Positions 1-9,648 of a stretch of 64,000 bases of DNA are shown here, piece after piece. This stretch comes from an uncultured delta proteobacterium (GTDB lineage: Bacteria; Desulfobacterota; Binatia; UBA9968). Under the pieces are notes generated by a model that saw only the letters and a program-made list of their open reading frames with translations, made no database searches and was not told the origin of the DNA. The translations under genes and the position numbers were made by a program. The stretch's first letter is position 1; each line of letters opens with the position of its first letter. The stretch covers positions 96,001 through 160,000 of the forward strand of contig CAVXEP010000003.1 of the NCBI GenBank assembly GCA_963760795.1. The letters run 5' to 3'.

Positions 1-910
<910 letters not shown>

Positions 911-918
911 TTATCCCG

Positions 919-1293
919 ATGATGCTTCAGTTGTCGCCACGCTGGCCGCTCTATTTGCTCGGTTCGCTGATTCTACTGCTCTCCCTGGTCACCATCGTCG
1001 GTGAGCGCGGCGCGCTGCACCTCTGGCGTCTGGGCGGCGAGAAGAGCCGCATCGACGAACAAAACTACCGCGTGCAGCGTGACAACGAAATGTTGCGGCA
1101 AAAGGTTTCCCGCGTCCGTCACGACAATTATTTTCTGGAAAAATTGGCGCGGGAGGAACTCAACATGGCGCGCCCAGGAGAGGTGGTCTACCGCTTTTCC
1201 AAAGCCGAGTCGCGCCGCACCCCCAGCGCCGTCAACCAGGCTTCCGAACCACTCCCGTCAAAGGAACCAAACCTCGGTAAGTCATTGGATTGA
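919..1293 (+). CDS. ftsB: Septum formation initiator FtsB/DivIC family protein
   Basis: N-terminal TM helix, GERGALHLW, coiled coil, LEKLAREELNMARPGEVVY motif; adjacent to eno. Confidence 0.85.
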   Translation: MMLQLSPRWPLYLLGSLILLLSLVTIVGERGALHLWRLGGEKSRIDEQNYRVQRDNEMLRQKVSRVRHDNYFLEKLAREELNMARPGEVVYRFSKAESRRTPSAVNQASEPLPSKEPNLGKSLD

Positions 1294-1432
1294 CTCGCCG
1301 CGGCACAGGCGCATTCGCACCCAACTCTGAATTTCTGCCAAATCACCCGCGCTCATAACGATCCGCCAGATTTCTCAATGAGCGGCTGCTCGATGCGTAA
1401 CAAGCATACGGATAACGCCGAGATCATTAGAA

Positions 1433-1819
1433 TTAGGACTTATCTTTGAAGACGAAATGGTAATACTCATCCATGTCCATGAGAGAGTCGAGTTCCTCTT
1501 CGTTCTTTAAGCGCACTTCGATGAGCCAGCCTTCGCTGTAGGGATCTTCGTTGATGACCGCGGGATGGTCCTCTAACGTCGAATTGACCGCCATCACTGT
1601 GCCGGTGACCGGCGAGACCAGCTCATGCACCGTCGATGCCGATTCGATTTCGGCAAAGATCTCGCCCTCTTCGATGCTGTCACCGACATCCGGCAGCTCC
1701 ACCGAAAGCACCGAACCGAGCGCACCCTGAATGTAGTTGGTGAGTCCGAGATGGACATGCCGGTCTTCGACACCGACCCAGACATGCTGTTTGCTGACTT
1801 TGACTTCTTTTTCCGTCAT
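1433..1819 (-). CDS. gcvH: Glycine cleavage H-protein homologue; lipoyl-Lys replaced by Ser
   Basis: HVWV...LGLTNYIQGALG...VELPDVG...EIESASTVHELVSPVTGTVMAVN...INEDPYSEGWLIEV. The canonical ESVKA motif reads ESAST. Confidence 0.85.
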   Translation of the reverse strand: MTEKEVKVSKQHVWVGVEDRHVHLGLTNYIQGALGSVLSVELPDVGDSIEEGEIFAEIESASTVHELVSPVTGTVMAVNSTLEDHPAVINEDPYSEGWLIEVRLKNEEELDSLMDMDEYYHFVFKDKS

Positions 1820-1966
1820 GGTTGGTAACCCATCCCTACAAACTTTGTCGTTCTGCTGTCAAGGGTATTGCCTCCGGTCGCTGCCTTGACATCATCATGG
1901 AATTCACAGTAGCGATAGTCGAATCGGAAAAGCAAATCATGCGAAACTCTCAACCCGAGGAATAAC

Positions 1967-2479
1967 ATGGCAACCAATGATCCCGTGGCTGCGGGCGCGG
2001 CCATCGTCGCTGGCTTGAAAAAGGCCGGCATCGACTTCGTCGCCACCCTGCCGGACGAGAAAATGCTCGAAGTGATCCGCGCCGTCGAACGCGACCGTCA
2101 GCTAAAGCATGTACCGCTATGCCGCGAGGAAGAAGGCATCGGCATTTGTGCTGGCGCCTATCTGGCTGGCAAGAAGACCGCGATCATCATGCAGAACGCC
2201 GGCTTTTTGAATAGCTGCAACGCTCTGACCACCACGTCGCTGCAGCTGCAAATTCCGATCTTGATGCTGATCTACTACGCCGGCGATATCGGCGACCGCG
2301 GCTTTACCACCCTCGGCGCGGTCACTGAACCGGTCTTGCAGGCGATGGGATTCCGCAGCTACGTGTTGCGCAAGCCAGAAGACATCGATGAGGTCCTGGC
2401 CGGCGCGCAGATTCTCGCCGATGATTCGAAAAGACCGGTGGCGGTGCTGCTGACCAAGAGCGTCCTGGGGGTAAAATGA
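1967..2479 (+). CDS. Sulfopyruvate/phosphonopyruvate decarboxylase alpha-subunit-like (ComD-like, ThDP PYR domain)
   Basis: REEEGIGICAGAYLAGKKTAIIMQNAGFLNSCNAL motif; overlaps the downstream beta subunit. Confidence 0.85.
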   Translation: MATNDPVAAGAAIVAGLKKAGIDFVATLPDEKMLEVIRAVERDRQLKHVPLCREEEGIGICAGAYLAGKKTAIIMQNAGFLNSCNALTTTSLQLQIPILMLIYYAGDIGDRGFTTLGAVTEPVLQAMGFRSYVLRKPEDIDEVLAGAQILADDSKRPVAVLLTKSVLGVK

Positions 2480-3078
2480 TGCAACGCTTTGATTATCTGA
2501 AGACTGTTGCCGCGGACGCACAGGATGCCCTGGTGGTGTCTACAGGTTGGGGTTCGCGCGAATGGTGGGCGGTGCGGCCGAGCGATGGCAATCTGAAAAC
2601 CCGCACGCTGGGCTTGGTGTCTTCCATCGCCGCCGGCTTAGCCATCGCGCTACCGCACCGCAAAGTGATCGCCATCGATGGCGACGGCGCCTTTCTGATG
2701 AACCTCTGCGGTTTGCCGACTATCGCGCGGCAGAGCCCGGGGAATTTGCTCCACCTGCTTTTCGACAACGAAATCTATGAAGCGTCCGGCGGCACCGCCT
2801 CCGGGTCGCGCAGCACCGATGCGGTGGCCATAGCCAAGGGCGCGGGTTACGCTGACGCCCTGTGGGTCGACTCACTGGATGCGTTTCGCAATGCATTTCT
2901 GCGCGCCTGGATGCGGAACGAGCTGACTTTGATCGCCGTGAAAGTCGATCCCGGCCAGCCCAAAGATTTACCACCGCTAAAACTAGACGAGATCGAGAAC
3001 AAATACCGCTTCATGCGCTACTTGGAAGCGAGCGAGAACAAAGGCATTCTGAATCCGGGATTCGACTCGAAATTATAG
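2476..3078 (+). CDS. Sulfopyruvate/phosphonopyruvate decarboxylase beta-subunit-like (ComE-like, ThDP-binding)
   Basis: AIDGDGAFLMNL...FDNEIYEASGG ThDP-binding motif; ATGA overlap with the alpha subunit. Confidence 0.85.
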   Translation: MMQRFDYLKTVAADAQDALVVSTGWGSREWWAVRPSDGNLKTRTLGLVSSIAAGLAIALPHRKVIAIDGDGAFLMNLCGLPTIARQSPGNLLHLLFDNEIYEASGGTASGSRSTDAVAIAKGAGYADALWVDSLDAFRNAFLRAWMRNELTLIAVKVDPGQPKDLPPLKLDEIENKYRFMRYLEASENKGILNPGFDSKL

Positions 3079-3085
3079 TTGGCAG

Positions 3086-4117
3086 CTAGAGGCCTGTGCC
3101 GGTTTTTCGCGTTACAGCGACATCGCGCGCGGCGGCTTTTTTTATCCGTTCTTTCCTGCGCAGCGCCAGTTCGGCGCGCGAGAATTTACCATTGCGCTTG
3201 GGTAAGCCGAGCCAGTTCCACTGATCGGGATAGCGGCGAATTGCCGCTTCGAGGTACCTCGTGTAGACCGCCGTGGTCGCCACCACGCTCGCTTCGAGAT
3301 CTTCACGTTCCACCGCGGCGATGGCAGCGCCCACCGACAATAGCAAAGAATCGTCGCCCTCGCGGGTAGCGAACATCGGCAAGGTGACGGCGCCGGTGCG
3401 CAGGGCCAGAGTCGCCGGGCCGCGCGGCGCGGGCACTTGCATGCCAAAAAAATCCACCATCACGTCGCCCGACTTGAACTCATCGGCGATCACCAGCACG
3501 ATGCGATTTTCGCGCAGCGCCTTGAGCATTCCGCGTACCGCTTGGCTCCGTGGTTTGGCGGGAATCGTGTGAATGCCGATCCGCGACCGGTAGTCGTCGG
3601 TGAGCCGGGCAAACCGTTCATCGGCGGGATGTTTCACCACCACGCTAAAGGGATAGCCCGCCGCCGCCAGACGCGGGCCGATCAAGGTAAAACTGCCGAG
3701 ATGCGCGCTCAAGGCGAGGACGCCTTTGCCTTTGGCCAAGGCGCTTTGCAGATGTTCTTCGCCGTCGAGTCGGATGCTGCCGACGATGCGCGCCTTCGAA
3801 TGATGCATGATCGCCATGGTATCGAGCACTCCGCGGGCAAAGCTTTTCCAAGCGCGCCAAGCCAAATCTTTACGCTCCGCCTCGCCAGGGATATCCTTGC
3901 CCAAGGTCAAGGCGATGTTTTCCTGCATGCGCCGGCGGTACTGCGACATCAGCTTGAAGGATAGCCACGCCACCAGCATGGTAAACCGCTCGACGACTCG
4001 AAAGGGTATGTACCGCATACCTGCGATGAATCCGCGCAACCAATATTCGCCGACGCGGTAGCGCAAGTTGTAAAAAAACTGTCCGAACGGCGAGCGCCGC
4101 CGCTTTAACCTAGCCAT
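3086..4117 (-). CDS. Lipid A biosynthesis / lysophospholipid acyltransferase family (LpxL/HtrB-like)
   Basis: GEEHLQSALAKGKGVLALSAHLGSF...VDFFG...GPATLALRTGA...IRRYPDQWNW. The H-x4-(D/E) dyad reads HLGSFT. Confidence 0.85.
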   Translation of the reverse strand: MARLKRRRSPFGQFFYNLRYRVGEYWLRGFIAGMRYIPFRVVERFTMLVAWLSFKLMSQYRRRMQENIALTLGKDIPGEAERKDLAWRAWKSFARGVLDTMAIMHHSKARIVGSIRLDGEEHLQSALAKGKGVLALSAHLGSFTLIGPRLAAAGYPFSVVVKHPADERFARLTDDYRSRIGIHTIPAKPRSQAVRGMLKALRENRIVLVIADEFKSGDVMVDFFGMQVPAPRGPATLALRTGAVTLPMFATREGDDSLLLSVGAAIAAVEREDLEASVVATTAVYTRYLEAAIRRYPDQWNWLGLPKRNGKFSRAELALRRKERIKKAAARDVAVTRKTGTGL

Positions 4118-4227
4118 AAATGATTTATGAATTCCTTTGGTGGGCTTTTCAAGCTCGCGCTAAAGCGAAACCGGCGGCGCTGGGCGAATCCCATTGCCAC
4201 CGGTGCTGGGGTAAATCGAATGATCGG

Positions 4228-4695
4228 TTAGCGGCCCGCGGCCCGGCGCAGCCGAGGTTTAGGCCGGCCGGAAATCGCCATGCCACGGCGCGGTTTATCG
4301 CGCAGCGGCCGCAGTTGAATCACTTGCGGCTGGGTCTGCTGGGCGACGCGCTGCTGTTGCCATTGCGCCAGGCCGCGGCGCAGATAGTTAGGATCGAGCC
4401 CTAACGTCTCGCAGACGATATTGAAGGAGAAGACTCCTGAATCGTCGAGCTGAAAAACCCAATCCTCGGTGTCGCGAAACTGCGCCTTGCCCTTGCTTTC
4501 GCGGGCGAACAAATATTTTTGAAAACAGGCGACGGCATCCTCCAGAATCGCCAGCATGAGCTTTTTCTCCGGCTCCAAGTGCAGCTTGCGCCGGAAGGTA
4601 TCGAGATATTGATCCGGCAGCAGCGTGTCCGGCTGAAACAATGAAGTCACCCGCTCATCCATACTCAGTCCATTCTCGTAAGGCATGAAAACCAC
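4228..4695 (-). CDS. Conserved hypothetical protein, possible DNA-binding
   Basis: Strong RBS (GGAGGTGG); EPEKKLMLAILEDAV...FSFNIVCETLGLDPNYLRRGL core with an Arg-rich tail. Confidence 0.75.
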   Translation of the reverse strand: MVFMPYENGLSMDERVTSLFQPDTLLPDQYLDTFRRKLHLEPEKKLMLAILEDAVACFQKYLFARESKGKAQFRDTEDWVFQLDDSGVFSFNIVCETLGLDPNYLRRGLAQWQQQRVAQQTQPQVIQLRPLRDKPRRGMAISGRPKPRLRRAAGR

Positions 4696-4750
4696 CTCCC
4701 GTTAGGATGCGGCCTAGATCCCGGTTGCAACACGAAATTTCGCATCCCGG

Positions 4751-5206
4751 CTACGCCGCACTCGAAAGAGAAGAGGAGCCAATAAATTCCCGGCAGGGTG
4801 AACGTCGCAAGCCCGCAATCGTCGTCCCACTGAGCACTGCGTTAATCTTCTGCTGCACTTCGCTCCACACGCCGATCATCGTACAGCGGGGCATTTGGTC
4901 GCAGCCCCGGTGTTCGTCGAGGCACACGTTGACGGCGATCGGTCCGTCGATCGCCTCGATCACATCGTTAAAAGAAATTTCCTCCGGCGCCCGTGCCAGC
5001 GCATAGCCGCCACAGGAGCCGCGCTTCGATTTGATCAAACCACCGCGAATCAGGTCTTGAATGATCTTTTCCAAAAACTTGCGCGGCATGCCCTGCTGTT
5101 TGGCGATCTCGGCAATGGAGCAACATTTTTCGCGGTCTTGGCCCGACAAGTAAATCACCGCGCGTAGACCGTAATCGACCCGCCGCGGAATTTGCATGAG
5201 CGCCAT
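4751..5206 (-). CDS. Rrf2 family transcriptional regulator (Fe-S binding)
   Basis: DYGLRAVIYL, EIAKQQGMPRKFLEKII, SKRGSCGGYALARAPEEI, and C-x6-C-x5-C cluster ligands. Confidence 0.92.
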   Translation of the reverse strand: MALMQIPRRVDYGLRAVIYLSGQDREKCCSIAEIAKQQGMPRKFLEKIIQDLIRGGLIKSKRGSCGGYALARAPEEISFNDVIEAIDGPIAVNVCLDEHRGCDQMPRCTMIGVWSEVQQKINAVLSGTTIAGLRRSPCREFIGSSSLSSAA

Positions 5207-5226
5207 AATGTTTTTTCCCTCATTCG

Positions 5227-6432
5227 TTAACGCGCGCCATCAAGGCTGCGTTCGTCTGGCGGCCGGCGTTGGCTGCCCAACCGCCCCAGGGCCGAAAGCC
5301 CTTGTAAGCGTTGGACGATCGCCGGCACTTTTTCGTTCACATAATTAACTTCCGCTTCGCTATTGAACCGGCTCAAGCTGAAGCGCACCGCCCCCTGCAG
5401 CCAATCGGCCGGCACGTCCATCGCCCGCAAAACATGCGAAGGCTCAGCGGAGCCGGCCGTGCATGCGGAGCCAGTGGAAGCGCAAATCCCCTGCTGGTCT
5501 AGTAGAACCAGCATCGACTCGCCTTCCAAATAACGAAAGCTGATGTTCAAGGTGTTCGGCAGCCGCTCTTGGTTGCGGCCATTGACCCGGCTCTCGGGAC
5601 AAGCGGCCAACAGCAGCGCTTCCAAACGATCGCGCAATTTTCTCTCATGTTCACTGTCCGCGACGATGCGAGCCAGGGCGATCTCGGCGGCTTGACCCAT
5701 GCCGACGATGCCGGCAACGTTTTCCGTGCCGGCGCGCCGATTGCGCTCTTGGTGGCCGCCGATCATAAACGGCGGGAAAGTGATGCCGCGGCGCACATAC
5801 AGCGCGCCGACACCCTTGGGTGCATGAAATTTATGGCCGGATATCGTCAGCAAATCGACCGGCAGCGCGCTGACGTTAATCGGAATCTTACCGGCCGCTT
5901 GAACTGCGTCGACATGGAGCGGAATGGCGTGGGCACGGACCAGCGCGGCAATTTTTTCGATGGGAAAAATCACCCCGGTCTCATTGTTCGCCCACATGAT
6001 CGAAACCAGCGCGGTATCGTCGGACAATGCGGCGGATAATTCGGCCAAGTCGAGCGCGCCGTCCTGATCGACGCTGAGCCAGGTAACCCGATAGCCTTTC
6101 TTCTCAAGATGCTGGCACAAGCCCAACACCGCGGAATGTTCGACCTTGGTTGTGATGATATGACGTTTGTCCGGCCGCGCTTCGAGCATGGCGCGGATCG
6201 CCGCGTTATCGCCCTCGGTACCGCAACTGGTAAAGAGCACTTCCACCGGATCGGCGGCGCCGATAAGAGCCGCCACTTGGGCGCGCGCCTGGGCGATCTT
6301 CTGACCGACATCGCTGCCAAAGCGGTGGATACTCGACGGATTACCGTAAAACTCCGTGTAGTACGGCAGCATCGCCGCGGCGACTTCCGGCAGCACTCGA
6401 GTGGTGGAATTGTTATCGAAGTAAACGTCCAT
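5227..6432 (-). CDS. nifS: Cysteine desulfurase, NifS-type (group I)
   Basis: YFDNNSTT, GNPSSIH, FTSCGTEGDN, WANNETG, ISGHKFHAPKG (PLP Lys), STGSACTAG (catalytic Cys); ATG at 6432. Confidence 0.9.
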   Translation of the reverse strand: MDVYFDNNSTTRVLPEVAAAMLPYYTEFYGNPSSIHRFGSDVGQKIAQARAQVAALIGAADPVEVLFTSCGTEGDNAAIRAMLEARPDKRHIITTKVEHSAVLGLCQHLEKKGYRVTWLSVDQDGALDLAELSAALSDDTALVSIMWANNETGVIFPIEKIAALVRAHAIPLHVDAVQAAGKIPINVSALPVDLLTISGHKFHAPKGVGALYVRRGITFPPFMIGGHQERNRRAGTENVAGIVGMGQAAEIALARIVADSEHERKLRDRLEALLLAACPESRVNGRNQERLPNTLNISFRYLEGESMLVLLDQQGICASTGSACTAGSAEPSHVLRAMDVPADWLQGAVRFSLSRFNSEAEVNYVNEKVPAIVQRLQGLSALGRLGSQRRPPDERSLDGAR

Positions 6433-6456
6433 AGGCTTCACGCAAGCGTTGGGCAA

Positions 6457-7912
6457 CTATCCAACACTGCCCTCAAGACTCACGCCCAACAATTTCTGCG
6501 CCTCGACGGCGAACTCCATCGGCAGTTCTTTGAATACTTGCTTGCAGAAACCGTTGACGATCAGGTTCACCGCGTCCTCATTCGAGATGCCGCGCTGACG
6601 GCAATAGAACAGCTGATCCTCGCCGATCTTCGACGTCGACGCTTCATGCTCGACCTGGGATGCGTTGTTCAACACTTCCAGATAGGGAAATGTATGGGCG
6701 CCGCACTGATCACCCAACAACAACGAATCACACTGTGAATAGTTGCGCGCGCCGCTGGCGCCTTTCATGATCTTCACCAGGCCGCGATAGGTGTTCTGGC
6801 CATGGCCGGCGGAAATCCCCTTGGAGATAATCGTGCTTTTGGTGTTCTTGCCGATATGGATCATCTTGGTGCCGGTGTCGGCTTGCTGATAATTATTGGT
6901 CAGCGCCACCGAATAAAATTCGCCGACCGAATCGTCCCCCTGCAAGATGCAGCTTGGATACTTCCAAGTAATCGCCGACCCCGTTTCCACCTGCGTCCAG
7001 GATATTTTTGAACGCTCGCCCAAGCACTTGCCGCGCTTGGTGACAAAGTTATAAATGCCGCCTTTGCCTTCTTTGTCACCGGGATACCAGTTTTGCACCG
7101 TCGAGTATTTGATCCGCGCGTCCTTGTGCGCGACCAACTCGACCACCGCGGCGTGCAGCTGATTTTTGTCGCGCATCGGCGCGGTACAGCCTTCGAGATA
7201 ACTCACGGTCGCGCCTTCGTCGGCGACGATCAGTGTGCGCTCGAACTGGCCGGTGTCCGCCGCATTGATACGAAAATAAGTCGACAACTCCATCGGACAC
7301 TTGACGCCCTTAGGAATATAACAGAACGAGCCGTCGCTGAAGACCGCCGAATTGAGCGCGGCGAAGAAATTATCGCTGTAGGGCACCACCGAACCCAAAT
7401 ATTTTTGAATCAGTTCGGGGTGATTGTGCACCGCTTCGGAAAACGAGCAAAAAATCACGCCCATCTCGGCGAGCTTGCCCTTAAAGGTGGTCGCCACCGA
7501 AACACTATCGAACACGGCATCGACGGCGACGCCCGCGAGCAACTCTTGCTCCTTGAGCGGAATACCGAGCTTCGCATAGGTCTCGAGCAGGTCGGGGTCG
7601 ACCTCTGCCAGGCTCTTGGGACCATCGTTCTGCGACTTGGGCGCCGAATAGTAGCGCACCGCTTGATAGTCGATGGCCGGATAGTGAATCTTCGCCCATT
7701 TCGGCTCGGCGTCGGCCTGCTCCAGCTTGGTCCAATAGCGATACGCTTTCAGACGCCATTCGAGCATGAATTCCGGTTCGTTTTTCTCTCGCCGAAATCA
7801 GCCGAACCACGTCCTCGTTCAAGCCCGGCGCCATGGTATCGGCTTCGATGTCCGAGACAAAGCCGTACTTGTATTCCCGTTGGGCGAGATCTTCGACAGT
7901 AGTGGTCGCCAT
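6457..7912 (-). CDS. sufB: Fe-S cluster assembly protein SufB (one frameshift near 7790)
   Basis: ORF 7505-7912 gives [10 protein letters not shown]...[12 protein letters not shown]; ORF 6457-7767 gives [53 protein letters not shown]...LEGSVG. Confidence 0.95.
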
Positions 7913-7937
7913 AAATGTTGATCCTTTATTTATTCTT

Positions 7938-8267
7938 TCAAACGGCGAACGACGCGCCGCAACCGCAAGCCTTTTTGACGTTGGGATTTTGGAAGACGAA
8001 GCCCGACTGCATCAGTTCGTCCTTGTAGTCGAGTTCCGTGCCGGTCAAATACAGCAGGCTCTTCATATCGACCAAAACCTTGGCGCCGTCTTTCTCGAAA
8101 ATCTTATCGGTGCCCTTGGGCATATCGAAGTCGACTTTGTATTGCAGACCCGAGCAACCGCCGCCAACGACTTTAACTCGGAGCCACTGGCCGTCGCGGT
8201 TCTCGGCCGCCGCCAACTCCTTGATTCTTGCCGCTGCCCTCTCGGTTACACTTACGCCCATCGCCAT
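7938..8267 (-). CDS. iscA: A-type Fe-S carrier (IscA/HesB family)
   Basis: GGGCSGLQY and CGCGASF motifs. Confidence 0.93.
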   Translation of the reverse strand: MAMGVSVTERAAARIKELAAAENRDGQWLRVKVVGGGCSGLQYKVDFDMPKGTDKIFEKDGAKVLVDMKSLLYLTGTELDYKDELMQSGFVFQNPNVKKACGCGASFAV

Positions 8268-8311
8268 GATTTTTCTCCTGTCAAAAACACCAAAGGCTTA
8301 AGAAAAGTGCT

Positions 8312-9526
8312 CTATTGATTGGCGTCCGCCAGCTGCTGCCGGCCTTTCTTAGCTTTGTACAGCGGCGATATCTGCCGCAGCCGAGCCACTTCTTCGACCA
8401 CCCGTTTGACGGTATAGTCGATCTCTTCTTCATTGGTAAAGCGGCCCAAGCCGAAACGAATCGCGCTGTAGGCCAGTTCATCGGCAAGGCCGATCGCTTT
8501 CAGCACATAGGACGGTTCCAGACTCGCCGAAGTACAGGCGGAGCCGGTGGACACGGCGATATCCTTGAGCCCCATCAATAGCGATTCGCCCTCGATGTAA
8601 GCAAAGCTCAGGTTCAGGTTGCCGGGCAAACGCTCGACGGCGTGGCCGTTGATCTGCACATCGTCGAGCTGTTTGAGAATACCGTCCTTCAAGCGCTCGC
8701 GCAGTGCGATCAAGCGCTCAGCTTCCGCGCTCATTTCATTTTGCGACAGCTCGCAGGCTTGGCCGAGTCCGACGATGCCTGGAACATTTAAAGTTCCCGA
8801 ACGCATGCCGCGCTCATGGCCGCCGCCGTCGATGAGCGAGGTCAATTTCACCCGCGGTTTGGCCGAGCGCACGTAAAGCGCGCCGATGCCTTTGGGGCCG
8901 TACATCTTGTGCGCCGTCAGCGACAACAGATCGATACCCATGGCGTCGACGGCGATCGGAAACTTGCCGACGCCTTGAGTCGCGTCGCTATGAAACAAGA
9001 TATTTTTTTCTTTGGCCAAGCGGCCGATCTCTGTGACCGGCTGGATCGTGCCGATCTCGTTGTTCGCCGCCATGATCGAGAGCAAAATCGTCTTGTCCGT
9101 GATGGCCGCGCGCAAGCGCTGCAGGTCGATAAGCCCATCCGACCCAACCGGCAGATAGGTTATCTCGAAACCATGCTTGGCCAAAACCTTACAGCTATCC
9201 AACACCGCCTTATGTTCGGTGACGCAGGTGACGATATGGTTGCCTTTGTCGCGATAGGCATCGGCAACTCCCTTGATCGCCAGATTATCCGACTCGGTGG
9301 CGCCGCTGGTGAAGACAATCTCGCGCGGCGAAGCCGCGCCGATTAACTTTGCCACCTGTTCCCGCGCGGTATCGACCGCGGCGTCAGCTTCCCAACCGAA
9401 AGCATGGCTCTTGCTCGCGGCATTGCCAAAACGCTCGGTAAAATACGGCAACATCGCCGCCAAGACCCGTGGGTCCACCGGCGTGGTGGCGTGATTATCG
9501 AGATATATGGGCGTTTGTAGAGCCAT
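8312..9526 (-). CDS. iscS: Cysteine desulfurase, IscS-type
   Basis: [71 protein letters not shown]. Confidence 0.93.
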   Translation of the reverse strand: MALQTPIYLDNHATTPVDPRVLAAMLPYFTERFGNAASKSHAFGWEADAAVDTAREQVAKLIGAASPREIVFTSGATESDNLAIKGVADAYRDKGNHIVTCVTEHKAVLDSCKVLAKHGFEITYLPVGSDGLIDLQRLRAAITDKTILLSIMAANNEIGTIQPVTEIGRLAKEKNILFHSDATQGVGKFPIAVDAMGIDLLSLTAHKMYGPKGIGALYVRSAKPRVKLTSLIDGGGHERGMRSGTLNVPGIVGLGQACELSQNEMSAEAERLIALRERLKDGILKQLDDVQINGHAVERLPGNLNLSFAYIEGESLLMGLKDIAVSTGSACTSASLEPSYVLKAIGLADELAYSAIRFGLGRFTNEEEIDYTVKRVVEEVARLRQISPLYKAKKGRQQLADANQ

Positions 9527-9544
9527 GGGAAGCGCTTTTTTCAA

Positions 9545-9569
9545 ATTACAGACCTTATTAGTCTGATAT
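9545..9569 (-). promoter_or_regulatory. Putative Rrf2/IscR type-1-like operator upstream of iscS
   Basis: Minus strand ATATCAGACTAATAAGGTCTGTAAT resembles ATASYYGACTRWWWYAGTCRRSTAT and lies just downstream of the -10 box. Confidence 0.6.
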
Positions 9570-9570
9570 C

Positions 9571-9599
9571 AAGTTAACCAAGACTGGGATTTGAGTCAA
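9571..9599 (-). promoter_or_regulatory. Sigma70-type promoter of the Fe-S operon
   Basis: Minus strand TTGACT-N17-TAACTT. Confidence 0.55.
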
Positions 9600-9648
9600 T
9601 AGCCAGGGACGTTTAACTAAGTTGTCGAATTATTAGGACTTATTGACT

